From: Thermodesulfobacteriota bacterium
GTDB taxonomy: Bacteria; Desulfobacterota_D; UBA1144; Nemesobacterales; UBA2774
Direction of reading: 5' to 3'
Length of the DNA stretch: 64,000 bases
NCBI GenBank assembly: GCA_963422265.1
Contig: OY729416.1
Span: 1,192,196 to 1,256,195, forward strand
In this document: positions 43,686 to 54,651 of the stretch, one piece after another
How the letters are laid out: each line of letters starts with the position of its first letter
Position numbering within the stretch: the stretch's first letter is position 1
Made by a program: the position numbers and the translations under genes
The notes under the pieces: generated by a model
Told to the model about the DNA's origin: nothing
Databases searched by the model: none
Seen by the model: the letters and a program-made list of their open reading frames with translations, nothing else

Positions 43686-44465
43686 ATGTCCGCAGCCTCT
43701 GACACCATACTTATAATACCGATAAAAAAAATACCCGAAATCAAACCCGATGATGATATTGCTAGGATTATAATTCAAGCAATATCATCACAAAATCTCT
43801 CAATACTAGATGGAGACGTATTGGTATTAGCCCAGAAGATAATATCCAAATCCGAGGGACGAATTGTTGACTTAAACGAAATAAAACCTTCACCCTTCGC
43901 TCTCACCCTTTCAAAAGAAATAAGTAAAGACCCACGCCTAGTAGAGGTAATTTTAGGCGAGACTACAAAGATAATAAAAATGGATCAAAGGAAAGCTGAT
44001 AAGGGCAGATTAATAGTGGAAACCCGCGGGGGCGTAATCTCTGCAAATGCGGGGGTTGACGCCTCAAACGTGCCGGGAGACGACACTGTGACGCTATTGC
44101 CAGTTGACTCAGACAAATCGGCAGCTAGTCTCGCCGATAAATTCAAAGAGTTATTGGGGTTTGACGTAGCAATAATAGTTACTGACACCGTAGGTAGGCC
44201 TTGGCGCGAAGGGCTTGTGGATATAGCAATAGGATGCTCTGGGATAAAACCCTTAAAAAACTATAGGGGATTAAAAGACGCAAAGGGTCATGAACTAACC
44301 GCGACGGAGATGGCAGTAGCGGACGAGATCGCTTCCGCAGCGGGTCTTGTGATGGAAAAGGCAGGCTCCTTACCAGCGGTTATTGTAAGGGGTTACAGAT
44401 ATGAAAATAGTATCGGAGATGCAAAAGAGATGATTAGAAAAGCCGAAGAGGATCTATTTCGCTAA
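43686..44465 (+). CDS. CofE-like F420-0:gamma-glutamyl ligase family protein
   Basis: ANAGVDASNV and IIVTDTVGRPWREGLVDIAIG motifs characteristic of CofE; 259 aa. Confidence 0.7.
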   Translation: MSAASDTILIIPIKKIPEIKPDDDIARIIIQAISSQNLSILDGDVLVLAQKIISKSEGRIVDLNEIKPSPFALTLSKEISKDPRLVEVILGETTKIIKMDQRKADKGRLIVETRGGVISANAGVDASNVPGDDTVTLLPVDSDKSAASLADKFKELLGFDVAIIVTDTVGRPWREGLVDIAIGCSGIKPLKNYRGLKDAKGHELTATEMAVADEIASAAGLVMEKAGSLPAVIVRGYRYENSIGDAKEMIRKAEEDLFR

Positions 44466-44512
44466 CTGACCAAGCAAGTTCTTCCACATAACTGAAAACA
44501 AGATTTCGCATT

Positions 44513-45196
44513 ATGCCCAAACCACCTGAAGAAACATTCGTTAAAATAGCCCATAGGGGAGCAAGCGCTTATGAGCCGGAGAATACAATCCGCTCATTTA
44601 AGAGAGCCATAGAGATGAAGGCTGATATGATTGAGTTTGACGTCCGAAAGTGCCTAGATGGACACATGGTAGTCATACATGACAATAAGGTTGATCGGAC
44701 TACTAATGGAACGGGGCTTGTCAGCAAGAAAACGCTTTCTGAGCTTAAAGGTCTTGACGCTGGAATGGGCGAGAAGGTTCCCACTCTTGAAGAAGCCCTA
44801 GAATTTGGGAAAGGAAAGACAAAATTTGTCATAGAATTGAAAGAAGACGGCACTGAGGGTAATGTGGTTAATCTCATTAAAGACTATGGATTGATCGAGG
44901 ACGTATTCATAGTTTCATTTAAGGTAAAGCGTTTGAAAGTGGTTAAGGGATTAGAACCATTGTTAAAAACGGGACTAATTTTATTTGCTTCTCTCTACCC
45001 TGCGACGCTAGCTAAAGCATGTGGAGCTGACGCGGTAGCGCCGTTTCATTGGTTTATAACGAAAGGACTTATCAAAAAGGCTCGCAATAATGGATTATAT
45101 CTATTTGGATGGACAGTGGATAGTATGGAGAAGGCTCAGCATCTTAAAGACATGGGTGTAAATGGGATCGTTACCAATAAACCTGATCTGATCTAA
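44513..45196 (+). CDS. Glycerophosphodiester phosphodiesterase family protein
   Basis: HRGAS...ENT...IEFDV GDPD motifs; 227 aa. Confidence 0.85.
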   Translation: MPKPPEETFVKIAHRGASAYEPENTIRSFKRAIEMKADMIEFDVRKCLDGHMVVIHDNKVDRTTNGTGLVSKKTLSELKGLDAGMGEKVPTLEEALEFGKGKTKFVIELKEDGTEGNVVNLIKDYGLIEDVFIVSFKVKRLKVVKGLEPLLKTGLILFASLYPATLAKACGADAVAPFHWFITKGLIKKARNNGLYLFGWTVDSMEKAQHLKDMGVNGIVTNKPDLI

Positions 45197-45204
45197 ATTT
45201 GAAT

Positions 45205-45340
45205 CAGGCTAACCTAGCATTTCCGTTACACGTTATAAAAGCGACGAACACCTTAAGCATCTCAATACCTTCAAAAAAGTAAATCCCATAGCGCATACAC
45301 TTAAAAGATGCTAGTTTCCAGAAAAGATTCTCAGGGCGAT
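45205..45340 (-). pseudogene. Degenerate partial copy of the 5' part of the EamA transporter gene (16947..17369)
   Basis: About 75-80% nucleotide identity by eye between 45222-45330 and 17213-17320; the translation carries stops (FSGN*HLLSVCAMGFTFLKVL...). Confidence 0.55.
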
Positions 45341-45566
45341 GTCTTTATGATGGCTCAATTTGTAAAATATCTATACTATTAGAGATTCAAAAATCCATAA
45401 CTCCGTAGGGAACGCATATATCCTTCTCAATAAAGTTGATAATTAGTAGAGTTTCCGTTAGCTTAGCTGTTATTGAGAAACAGAGCCTAAACTGATATAT
45501 ACCTTTAGACAACGCAGGTTTAACGGCGATTCATTTAAGAGTAAAGAATAAGGGGGGGGAAGCGCT

Positions 45567-47270
45567 TTGAAAAAAAAATCCAACAAAGATGAAAACGGCA
45601 ATCCTAGAAAATATTCCTCTATAGTTGTTGAGGGGATAAATAGAGCGCCGAACAGATCTATGTTAAGAGCGGTTGGGTTTAAGGACAAAGATTTCAAAAA
45701 GTCAGTCGTGGGGATTGCTTCTACCTGGAGTATGGTTACTCCCTGCAACATGCACATAGACAAGCTTGCCCTGCAAGCGGGTCAGGGAGTTGATAAGTCA
45801 GGTGGCAAATCAATTGTTTTTAATACTATTACAGTGTCCGACGGTATTTCAATGGGCACTCCTGGCATGAGGTACTCACTAGTTTCAAGAGAGGTAATAG
45901 CCGATTCAATTGAGACAGTAGCCGCCGCCGAGGGATTTGACGGGCTCATTTCCATTGGAGGATGCGATAAAAATATGCCGGGATGCCTGATGGCGATGTG
46001 CAGGCTTAACCGTCCTTCTGTGTTCGTATATGGAGGGACTATCATGCCCGGAAACTATCAAGGTAAATCTATAGACGTAGTTTCGGTTTTCGAAGCCGTC
46101 GGGGCATACGCCAATAAAGATATTTCAGAAAATCAGCTAAAAGCAATTGAATCCAGCGCTATACCGGGACCAGGTTCATGCGGCGGCATGTACACCGCCA
46201 ATACTATGGCATCCGCAATAGAAGCGCTCGGAATGAGCTTGCCCAACAGCTCCGCCCAGATTGCAATATCCTCAGAGAAAATAAACGACTGCACAAGCGC
46301 TGGCGCCGCCGTTATGAATTTAATTAAAAACAACATCAAGCCTAGCGACATCATGACAAGGAAAGCGTTTGAAAACGCCATAACGGTCGTAATAGCCTTG
46401 GGTGGTTCTACTAACGCAGTCCTTCATTTGCTGGCAATAGCCAGCGCCGCTAACGTAAAACTCACAATTGACGACTTTACCCGAATTGGCAAGAAATCCC
46501 CCGTTCTTGCTGACCTAAAACCGAGCGGAAGATACATGATGGCTGATTTTTGCGAAATTGGTGGAATTACTCCACTATTAAAAATGCTTCTTCAGTCGGG
46601 TCTATTGCATGGCGACTGCATGACCGTAACTGGTAAAACGGTCGAAGAAAACTTAGAATCAGTGCGCTCCTACCCAAAGGGACAGAAGATTGTCACACCC
46701 ATAAAAAAGCCTCTTAAAAAAGATAGCCACATCTTAATATTGAGGGGAAATCTAGCACTGGAGGGGGCTGTAGCAAAAATTACTGGGCAAGAAGGGTTTT
46801 CCTTTACGGGAAAAGCTATAGTCTTTAATTCAGAAGAGCAGTGCTTAAAAGCCATACTGGAAGGCAGAGTAAAAAGGGGACACGTTATAGTTGTTCGCTA
46901 TGAAGGACCTAGGGGAGGACCTGGTATGCGGGAGATGCTTGCCCCCACCTCCGCTATAATGGGTAAGGGATTGGGTAATGACGTAGCTCTTATTACAGAT
47001 GGTAGATTCTCAGGTGGAACGCATGGTTTTGCAGTTGGTCACATTACGCCGGAAGCGATAGATGGCGGAGTTATTGCAATCGTAAAAAATGGGGACGTTA
47101 TTACTATTGACGCCGTAAAACGTGAAATTAGCCTACAGGTTTCTGAATCAGAGATTGACAAGAGGTTGGATCTATGGAAAAAGCCAAAACCAAGAGAGAA
47201 GAGCGGGGCGCTTGCCAAATACGCTAGGCTCGTTTCGTCAGCCTCACTTGGAGCAGTGACCGATAAATGA
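45567..47270 (+). CDS. ilvD: Dihydroxy-acid dehydratase (TTG start as annotated; start uncertain)
   Basis: CDKNMPG cluster motif and the ILVD/EDD family pattern; 567 aa. Confidence 0.93.
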   Translation: MKKKSNKDENGNPRKYSSIVVEGINRAPNRSMLRAVGFKDKDFKKSVVGIASTWSMVTPCNMHIDKLALQAGQGVDKSGGKSIVFNTITVSDGISMGTPGMRYSLVSREVIADSIETVAAAEGFDGLISIGGCDKNMPGCLMAMCRLNRPSVFVYGGTIMPGNYQGKSIDVVSVFEAVGAYANKDISENQLKAIESSAIPGPGSCGGMYTANTMASAIEALGMSLPNSSAQIAISSEKINDCTSAGAAVMNLIKNNIKPSDIMTRKAFENAITVVIALGGSTNAVLHLLAIASAANVKLTIDDFTRIGKKSPVLADLKPSGRYMMADFCEIGGITPLLKMLLQSGLLHGDCMTVTGKTVEENLESVRSYPKGQKIVTPIKKPLKKDSHILILRGNLALEGAVAKITGQEGFSFTGKAIVFNSEEQCLKAILEGRVKRGHVIVVRYEGPRGGPGMREMLAPTSAIMGKGLGNDVALITDGRFSGGTHGFAVGHITPEAIDGGVIAIVKNGDVITIDAVKREISLQVSESEIDKRLDLWKKPKPREKSGALAKYARLVSSASLGAVTDK

Positions 47271-47402
47271 TAAGGCGCTAGGCTGTTAAATACCTATCTC
47301 TCTAAAGAATGTAATCATGGCTTCATATTGCTTTAATTACTAACAAGAAATTCACTCTACGTTCAAAACTGCTTAATAAGCAATTTATATTATTGTATTG
47401 TT

Positions 47403-48059
47403 GTGGATATGGATAAGAGCTCCTACACGAGAGAAAGCAGTACTTTTAGCGGGATTTATACCTTTATAGCACAGGACCGTTGGTTTAATAAAACAGCCCG
47501 GTTTATCTCTAACCTATGCAGTCCACCGATCATCGCTCTGATGGCTGCCCTGGTTACGGCGCTTACAATTAACACCGAGTCGGCTTGGTTATGGACCTTA
47601 GCTTACGCAGGCACGGCTATTTTACTCCCCACGATTTATATACTAATTCTATTAAAACGCGGAGCAATAAGTGGGTTCCATTTGAACGAGAGAAAGGAGC
47701 GAACCAAACCTCTGGCCGTGATTTCAATAAATACGGCTTTGATATTTTTGATAATGGTCTTTGCAGGCGCCCCCAAGCTTATTCTCTTAATAATGGCTAC
47801 TAGCATAATACAATTGCTTTTAATCCTGGCAATTACGCAGCGCTGGAAAATCAGTGGTCACTGCACGGCTGCTGCAAGCCTTGCGGCTTACGCTATTGCT
47901 CTTTATGGAACAGACCTTACTCCGTTAGCTCTTCTCGTCCCACTTATAGCATGGTCACGGATAAAATTAAACCGCCACAGCCTGGCACAGACAATAGCAG
48001 GAACTTTACTCGGCGCTGTCACTGTAACCTTCATGCTCTACACAACAAATGCTATTTGA
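47403..48059 (+). CDS. PAP2-superfamily membrane phosphatase
   Basis: SGH and SRxxxxxHxxxQ motifs (SGHCTAAAS, SRIKLNRHSLAQ); six hydrophobic segments. Confidence 0.65.
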   Translation: MDMDKSSYTRESSTFSGIYTFIAQDRWFNKTARFISNLCSPPIIALMAALVTALTINTESAWLWTLAYAGTAILLPTIYILILLKRGAISGFHLNERKERTKPLAVISINTALIFLIMVFAGAPKLILLIMATSIIQLLLILAITQRWKISGHCTAAASLAAYAIALYGTDLTPLALLVPLIAWSRIKLNRHSLAQTIAGTLLGAVTVTFMLYTTNAI

Positions 48060-48116
48060 AGAGAATTGACAATAAGCCTCTGAATTCATAATTACGTATA
48101 GTAAAAAGGATCAATT

Positions 48117-48975
48117 ATGAAAATAATGCTGGCCACGGACGCATGGAATCCCCAGATAAACGGCGTTACAAATACCTGGACATATATCCTCTATCCTCAA
48201 TCTTATTAGAAAGGATCATGAGGTTTATGTATTGAATCCTTACGTCAATGGAGCAGAGCAACTTCCTATTAAGCTCCAGGGGAACATTCCTCTCGTAAAA
48301 AACGCATTATATATAGGCAAGAAGGCATTACGAGAAGTTTATGCCAGAAAGAATACTTATAAGCTACGGAAAGGTAGTATGGGTATTGCTATGAGGCGAT
48401 TTTGCAGGGAGAATAAAATCAATTACAACACGTCGTATCATAAAAGCCTTGCGGAATATGGATGGGTTCTATACGGCATACCTAAGTTCCTCACATGGTT
48501 CTACGTGAGGTGGTTTCACAGATGCAGCAGCAAGATTGTAGTAACTACAAAGAGCATTGCCAAGCAATTGGCTCTAAAGAACTCCGTAGTTTGGGGAAGA
48601 GGGGTTGATACGCAACTTTTCAACCCGACCACCCGACAAAGAATACCTCATGAGAGGACAATTATCACAGTAGGCAGGGTAGGTAAAGATAAAAACCTGG
48701 ACGATTTCTGCAAAATATCCGGTTATAAGAAGATAGTCGTAGGAGATGAACCCTACCTTAAAACGCTAAAATCAAAATACAAGGACGTGGAGTTCACGGG
48801 CTATATTCCGCGCATAGTGCAACATGGAATAACTGGCTTTCTAGGTGATAATATAGACGAAAATATCGAGCTCGCCTTTGATAACCTAGATGAAATATCG
48901 CACAATGCCCTAAAATACGCCAAGTCTCAGAACTGGCAACCAATTGCAGATCAATTCGTTAGTCACTTGGCGTGA
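48117..48975 (+). pseudogene. GT4-family glycosyltransferase, decayed (frameshifts, divergence of the conserved GHEV block, internal deletion of the C-terminal EX7E region)
   Basis: N-terminus MKIMLATDAWNPQINGV in one frame; TSYH...RWFH...VWGRGVDTQLFNP in another; the FVFPS.TE.FG block is absent. Confidence 0.65.
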
Positions 48976-49140
48976 ACCCCTATTCCTATAGTTGACCGTT
49001 ATAATCATTCCCAGCTTGCCTAGTATTGAAAAAAGACTTTCAACAATAACCATGCGATATTAACGCGATCTTAACATTATTGTGGCATATATGTTAAGGG
49101 AAAAACAACAATCTTATTAGGAGTAAGTAGGAGTAATAGA

Positions 49141-49737
49141 ATGAATACAGAAATGCTTAAAGCCCCATTAATCTATAACCAATTTAAAACTCTCATTGCG
49201 ACATCGAAGACGTTATATAAATACCGGGAGCGAAGCTGAATTGGCATCGTTGAGAAGCGACATAGCGTCTCTCAAGCTAGAAATTGATAGTGCTTTAGAA
49301 GACATTAACAACGGAGACGACGCAAATTATTTAACTGCTCTAAAGCTGATACTTCTAATCATCCAGAAATTTACTCAGTCCATTCAGCTAATGAGCAACT
49401 TGAAATTCAGAGAACCTTTATGCCAGGGATTTGACCCGCAACAAATGCTTGACATCCTGCTTCCTAATATTAAAAATCTAATAGATTACGAAAATTGGAC
49501 AAACAAACCTAAACACGAAGAAATTAAAGCAAGATTATCTCCTAACAGAATCCCTTGAGGATCAATATAGAAGGGTTCTTCTTACTTACCTGATTCAGAA
49601 GTGGCACAACATAGATGAAGTATTGAACTTATTGAAAATCAGGGAATTATACAAAAAAATCGCGGAGGAGCTAGTAATCTTCTCCGTTTTATCAGGCTAC
49701 TTGCAAAACATAAATACCAGTAAACAGGAAATGCCTG
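49141..49737 (+). pseudogene. Hypothetical gene split across three frames (two frameshifts)
   Basis: Protein-like segments MNTEMLKAPLIYNQFKTLIA / GSEAELASLRSDIASLKLEID... / LEDQYRRVLLTYLIQKWHNIDEVL follow one another in different frames. Confidence 0.35.
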
Positions 49738-49739
49738 AG

Positions 49740-50726
49740 TCATCTTAAACTGTAAAGAATATCCTCTACTATATCGTCTATATTGTTCCCATAGTCGGCT
49801 TTATATATAAAAGATGACTCAACCCATTTACTTAAAATTTCAACAAAATCGCCCCCAATTTTTCTTACGACTGGGACACCTAACCTTTTCAAAGCTTCAG
49901 CGTTACACTCCTGTTCGTATTGCCTCTTCATAGGAATTACCATTAGCTTTTTCCTCATATAAATCGCTTCAGAAGGCGTTTCAAAGCCCGCGTTACATAG
50001 TATTCCTTCGCAAGTAGAAAGGCTTCTCACAAATTCGCGGTTTCCAACGGGACAAACAGTAACGTTGTCCTCTGAATAAGGTTCTTGCTTATGGTGTTTT
50101 GAGAATACCTCCCAGCGAACGTCCACGTTCTTTAGCAAGCTGCACAAAAATCTTTCATCATAGGAGGGTAAATACACAGTGTAATGACCATTATTTCGCA
50201 CGGGTGCATTCCTGATTTCCTCTCTTATAATGGGCTTATGAATAAAACCATCATATCTCTCAAAGTGCAGTCCTATCGATCTTGAACCGGGGGCGTACCA
50301 CTTTATTATTAGCTCTTGAAAGTGATTAACGTTAGTTGGCCTCGGAATTTTAGTAGATAAGAAAGCCGCCTGATGCGATATGGCTAGGCTAGGCATACCT
50401 TTGGCTTTCGCCGCCCATGCCGTTATAGGTTCAAAATCAGTTAATACCAAATCATATTTATCTATAGGCAGTTTGTATATGTCAGAAATTAACCTATATG
50501 GGCTAAAGCTTTTTATAGACTTCCAGTAATCAATCCCACCCCTTTTACCAAATATAAATCCAAGCCCGTCAAGTCTGTAGTTAGCCTGAAAGCCAAGGTC
50601 TACTTCATGGTGAATACCGCTTAAAAGCACATCAACATCAACGTGATTAACAAGGTGTTTTATTAACTCCCTTGACCTGGATATATGTCCATTCCCCGTC
50701 CCCTGAACTCCTAACAAAATCCTCAT
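49740..50726 (-). CDS. Glycosyltransferase (MJ1255/TIGR00661-like; GT1/GT28-type C-terminal domain)
   Basis: MRILLGVQGTGNGHISRS N-terminus typical of this uncharacterised glycosyltransferase family; 328 aa. Confidence 0.65.
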   Translation of the reverse strand: MRILLGVQGTGNGHISRSRELIKHLVNHVDVDVLLSGIHHEVDLGFQANYRLDGLGFIFGKRGGIDYWKSIKSFSPYRLISDIYKLPIDKYDLVLTDFEPITAWAAKAKGMPSLAISHQAAFLSTKIPRPTNVNHFQELIIKWYAPGSRSIGLHFERYDGFIHKPIIREEIRNAPVRNNGHYTVYLPSYDERFLCSLLKNVDVRWEVFSKHHKQEPYSEDNVTVCPVGNREFVRSLSTCEGILCNAGFETPSEAIYMRKKLMVIPMKRQYEQECNAEALKRLGVPVVRKIGGDFVEILSKWVESSFIYKADYGNNIDDIVEDILYSLR

Positions 50727-50973
50727 AATGAAATCAAAGTTAGCATGATACTTTCACGTTATGAAGTAACGGTTAAAAGAGTATTAACTTCTCGTATATT
50801 CTAAGCCTATCAAAACGATAAACAAAAACTTAACGAAGTTTTCACACGGCGTGAATAATATAACTGTATATGAGTTTACCATACATTCACGAGGAGATGA
50901 TGATGCTTTCAAAAACAGCCCTATCCTTAAAAGATACCGTGTCAAACGCTAATATGGTGAAACGGGTGCTCAT

Positions 50974-51656
50974 TTGGAAAATCAGAAAATTTCAATTTAC
51001 ATTGATACCAGGAGATTCTTAATCAAGACGGCGGAAAATAGCCAGAAACTCGAGGGAGCCCTTGATCTTAGATATGACGTATTCTATAAAGAATCACTAA
51101 ACAAAGACAATTTTACTAAGATAGACGTTGACAAATTTGACCTCATTTGCGACCACCTAATCATTATAGACAAAAAACTAGATAGCATCGCAGGAACCTA
51201 TAGATTAATTTCATCTACGTTCTCAGACAAATTTTACTCCGAAACAGAGTTTTTAATTGATCATACCAAAACGGCTAAAGGCATCAAGGTCGAGCTTGGT
51301 AGGGCATGCGTGCACAAGAACTATAGAAAAGGCACTGTGTTATCGCCTTGTTATGGAAAGGGATGTCAGAGTATATAAAAGCAGTGCGAGCTAAATATTT
51401 CTTCGGATGCTCAAGCATAAACATAACTAACGCGCTTGAAGTTGGGCTTATCTACAAACATGTTAAAGATCTTTACATATCTAAAGATAGCCTAAGGGTA
51501 TATCCAAAAAACAAATACAGGATAGTGGATATCCTACCTATTTGTATAAAATACAAAGCTGTAAACGGAGATAAAATAAGTTCGCGTAACAAGGACTTGA
51601 TTTTCTACTACGGAGATATAAAGTTTCTAAGCATTTTTTTGAGCTATTATCGGTAA
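50974..51656 (+). pseudogene. OlsB-like N-acyl amino acid synthase (GNAT Acetyltransf_5), split by a single frameshift near 51346
   Basis: DKFDLICDHLIIIDK...GTYRLI...FYSETEF and GRACVHKNYRKGTVLS in frame 1 continue as LLWKGMSEYIKAV... in the next frame; the shift is not in a homopolymer. Confidence 0.6.
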
Positions 51657-51787
51657 AATCCATTGACGTTAAGTTATCATTTCTCCAAAGAATTAACTTA
51701 GAATCCGTAGTATCGCGTAAGGAGTTAGCCATATCCGCTCATAGCGTTATAAGAGCTGCATACGCTGGCTGAACCAAGAATACACAG

Positions 51788-52795
51788 TCAGTTTATAAAC
51801 ATTGAATCCCCATAGCTTAAAAACCTGTAATCTTTTTCCCTCGCCTCATTATAAGCTTGGATAGTAATCTCATGACCTGCGAACGCTGAAACAAGCATTA
51901 AAAGGGTAGAACAGGGTAGATGAAGATTTGTAATTAAACCACCAATCACCCTAAACTGAAACCCGGGCGTAATAAAAAGATTTGTTCTTCCAGAAACTGG
52001 CGCAACGTAGCCATTCTCGTCTGCCGAAGACTCCAATGCTCTTACAACAGTCGTACCTACCGCAATAACCCGCCTTCCCTCCCGTTTAGCTCTATTAATC
52101 GCTCCTGCAACTTCATTCGTAATATTTTTGTATTCTCCGTGCATCCTGTGACGCTCAATTGCATCAGTTTTAACCGGCGCAAAAGTGCCTACCCCTACAT
52201 GAAGAGTAATGAACCTTACTTCCGTTCCTTTCCGCTTTATTTGATCCAAGAGATCGGGGGTAAAATGAAGCCCCGCCGTGGGAGCGGCGACTGCGCCTTC
52301 GCACTCAGCGTAAATAGTTTGATACGAAACTTTATCGGCTTCACTAACCTCGCGCTTTATGTAAGGTGGAAGAGGAATTCTACCTATAAGGTCCAGCTTA
52401 TCATCTACAACGTCGTTGAACTGAACCGTCCATTCATCTTTACCGCGTAGCATCAACTTACCTGCAATACCCTGACTAAACTCAACCTCCATGCCATTCT
52501 TGGGTCTCCTAGCTAAACATTTCCACTCAGTTTCGTTTAACTTTTCTATTAGTAAAATCTCGATTGAGCCAGATGATTTCTTACTACCTATGAGTCTAGC
52601 GGGAATGACTTTCGTATTATTTAGAACAACTAAGTCGTCTGAACTAAGTAGATCGGGAAGCTCAAAGAAGCGCTTATGCTCAATACTCGCTTTATTCCTA
52701 TTGACAACCATTAACTTAGACTTGTGTCTTTCAGAAAGCGGGTAATAAGCTATATTTCGCTCAGGAAGATAATAGTGAAAGTCTGACGTTTTCAT
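51788..52795 (-). CDS. queA: S-adenosylmethionine:tRNA ribosyltransferase-isomerase
   Basis: FHYYLPERNIA N-terminus; 335 aa. Confidence 0.92.
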   Translation of the reverse strand: MKTSDFHYYLPERNIAYYPLSERHKSKLMVVNRNKASIEHKRFFELPDLLSSDDLVVLNNTKVIPARLIGSKKSSGSIEILLIEKLNETEWKCLARRPKNGMEVEFSQGIAGKLMLRGKDEWTVQFNDVVDDKLDLIGRIPLPPYIKREVSEADKVSYQTIYAECEGAVAAPTAGLHFTPDLLDQIKRKGTEVRFITLHVGVGTFAPVKTDAIERHRMHGEYKNITNEVAGAINRAKREGRRVIAVGTTVVRALESSADENGYVAPVSGRTNLFITPGFQFRVIGGLITNLHLPCSTLLMLVSAFAGHEITIQAYNEAREKDYRFLSYGDSMFIN

Positions 52796-52839
52796 ATAGA
52801 CAGTATCTTCTCTATAATATCCTCACCCTGACCTGCAGG

Positions 52840-54045
52840 TTACCCTTTTTTATCAAAGAGCTTCTGAACGGAAAGCCTAAGGGCGTTTAGTTTTATGAAT
52901 CCTGTAGCATGAGACTGGTTATATACGTCGTCCTTCTCAAAGGTAGCCAAATCTTCGCGGTAAAGGGAATAAGGCGAGCGTCTGCCGGCAATTATGACAT
53001 TCCCTTTATATATCTTTAATTTTACCGTTCCAGTTACATTCTTCTGTGACGCTTCTATAGTTACACTGAGCATATCCATTTCGGGCGCATACCAAAATCC
53101 GTAATAAATAAGCTCGGCAATTTTAGGCATCAAAGAATCCCTGAGACGCATTACTTCGCGGTCCATAGTTATTGATTCAAGAGCCCTATGAGCAGTATGC
53201 AGTATAGTGCCTCCAGGAGTTTCATATATTCCCCTCGACTTCATCCCTACAAACCTATTTTCAACTAGATCAACCCTGCCTACGCCGTTTGAGCCTCCAA
53301 CCTTATTCAGAATGTCTAATAAGTCAGCGGGTTTTAGCTCCTTGCCATCAAGAGAAGTCGGAACGCCTTTTTCAAAACCAATGTCAACGTAAATAGGTTC
53401 ATCCGGAGCTTTCTCTGGAGAAATCGTCATTTCAAACATATCCTCAGGGGGTTCTAACCACGGATCTTCAAGTATCCCACCCTCGTAGCTAATGTGCAGA
53501 AGGTTTTTATCACAGCTATATGGCTTCTCCAAGGTAACAGGGATGGGAATCCCATGTTTCGTCGCATATTCTATCAGGGAGGTCCTTGAAGTGAGATTCC
53601 ATTCGCGCCAAGGAGCAATAACCTTTATATTCGGTTCAAGCGCATAGTAGGTTAGCTCGAAACGAACTTGGTCGTTCCCCTTGCCAGTGGAGCCGTGAGA
53701 AACAGCAAAAGCGTTTTCCTCCTTTGCAATCTCAATCTGTTTTTTCGCAATCAATGGACGAGCAAGAGACGTTCCCAGCAGATAAGTCCCCTCATATACG
53801 GCACCTGCCTTAATCGCCGTAAAGACAAAATCAGCAACGAACTCGTCCTTCAAATCCTCTACATATACCTTGCTCGCACCGGTCATTAATGCCTTTTGTC
53901 TTACCTCTTCTAAATCCTCTCCTTGCCCCACGTCGGCAACGTATGCAATCACGTCCGCATCATACTCTTCAGCTAACCATTTGAGAATTATAGACGTATC
54001 AAGCCCACCTGAGTAAGCAAGAACTATCTTGTCTTTTCCGTTCAT
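52840..54045 (-). CDS. argG: Argininosuccinate synthase
   Basis: [11 protein letters not shown]-loop; 401 aa. Confidence 0.93.
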   Translation of the reverse strand: MNGKDKIVLAYSGGLDTSIILKWLAEEYDADVIAYVADVGQGEDLEEVRQKALMTGASKVYVEDLKDEFVADFVFTAIKAGAVYEGTYLLGTSLARPLIAKKQIEIAKEENAFAVSHGSTGKGNDQVRFELTYYALEPNIKVIAPWREWNLTSRTSLIEYATKHGIPIPVTLEKPYSCDKNLLHISYEGGILEDPWLEPPEDMFEMTISPEKAPDEPIYVDIGFEKGVPTSLDGKELKPADLLDILNKVGGSNGVGRVDLVENRFVGMKSRGIYETPGGTILHTAHRALESITMDREVMRLRDSLMPKIAELIYYGFWYAPEMDMLSVTIEASQKNVTGTVKLKIYKGNVIIAGRRSPYSLYREDLATFEKDDVYNQSHATGFIKLNALRLSVQKLFDKKG

Positions 54046-54127
54046 AATCTAGGACTCCTCCCCCTATTAAGCAGGACAATAAAAATATGGATTGTTTGGT
54101 TTGCAATACGAAGCGGTTCAAGACAGA

Positions 54128-54574
54128 CTAGGGTTGCTCGCCTTGACCTTCCCGCTCGCTCGGCGGTCTTAAATCATGAAGATAGAACTTAGCGTCCTTC
54201 TCGTGATAGAACTTCTCAAGCGTATATCCTATATATTCTATTTTCTCCAAATCGTCTCCCATATAGGACGCTTTTTTTACCTCGTCTGACAACTTAAAGT
54301 CAATGGGAATATCCTTGGAAGGACTTTCATGGCAAACAAATCTTAATCTTATATCCTTTTGAGGTTGAAAGTTTTTCGGAGTCGCGAAGCCTACTGACAT
54401 TTTGGCGTTAATAATTTCAAAGATTAAAAGCCTGACAATGCTATTGCCTATACCCTCGGTACCTCCTCCTACTTCAAATGTATAAGCATAATAGTCAACC
54501 GCCTGACCTTTTTCATTGAGAGAATTTAAGTACCAATAGTCTTCTGAATCTACCCAACACAGTATCTGAAGCAT
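54128..54574 (-). CDS. Hypothetical protein (148 aa), no recognisable domain
   Basis: ORF in the same orientation as argG and pgeF, tightly packed between them. Confidence 0.45.
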   Translation of the reverse strand: MLQILCWVDSEDYWYLNSLNEKGQAVDYYAYTFEVGGGTEGIGNSIVRLLIFEIINAKMSVGFATPKNFQPQKDIRLRFVCHESPSKDIPIDFKLSDEVKKASYMGDDLEKIEYIGYTLEKFYHEKDAKFYLHDLRPPSEREGQGEQP

Positions 54575-54651
54575 AATTGCCCCCCAACTTAATAGATAAA
54601 ATTCGGAGTATTATACCTTGCTGCGAAAATAATAATAATTCAAATACGAAT

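Noticed and set aside
45553-45583. G8 and A9 tracts immediately upstream of, and inside the first codons of, ilvD as a phase-variation switch
   Set aside because: The G8 run most simply reads as a strong Shine-Dalgarno sequence, and the A9 run encodes in-frame KKK. ilvD is a core gene and an unlikely contingency locus. It could still be a source of sequencing error.
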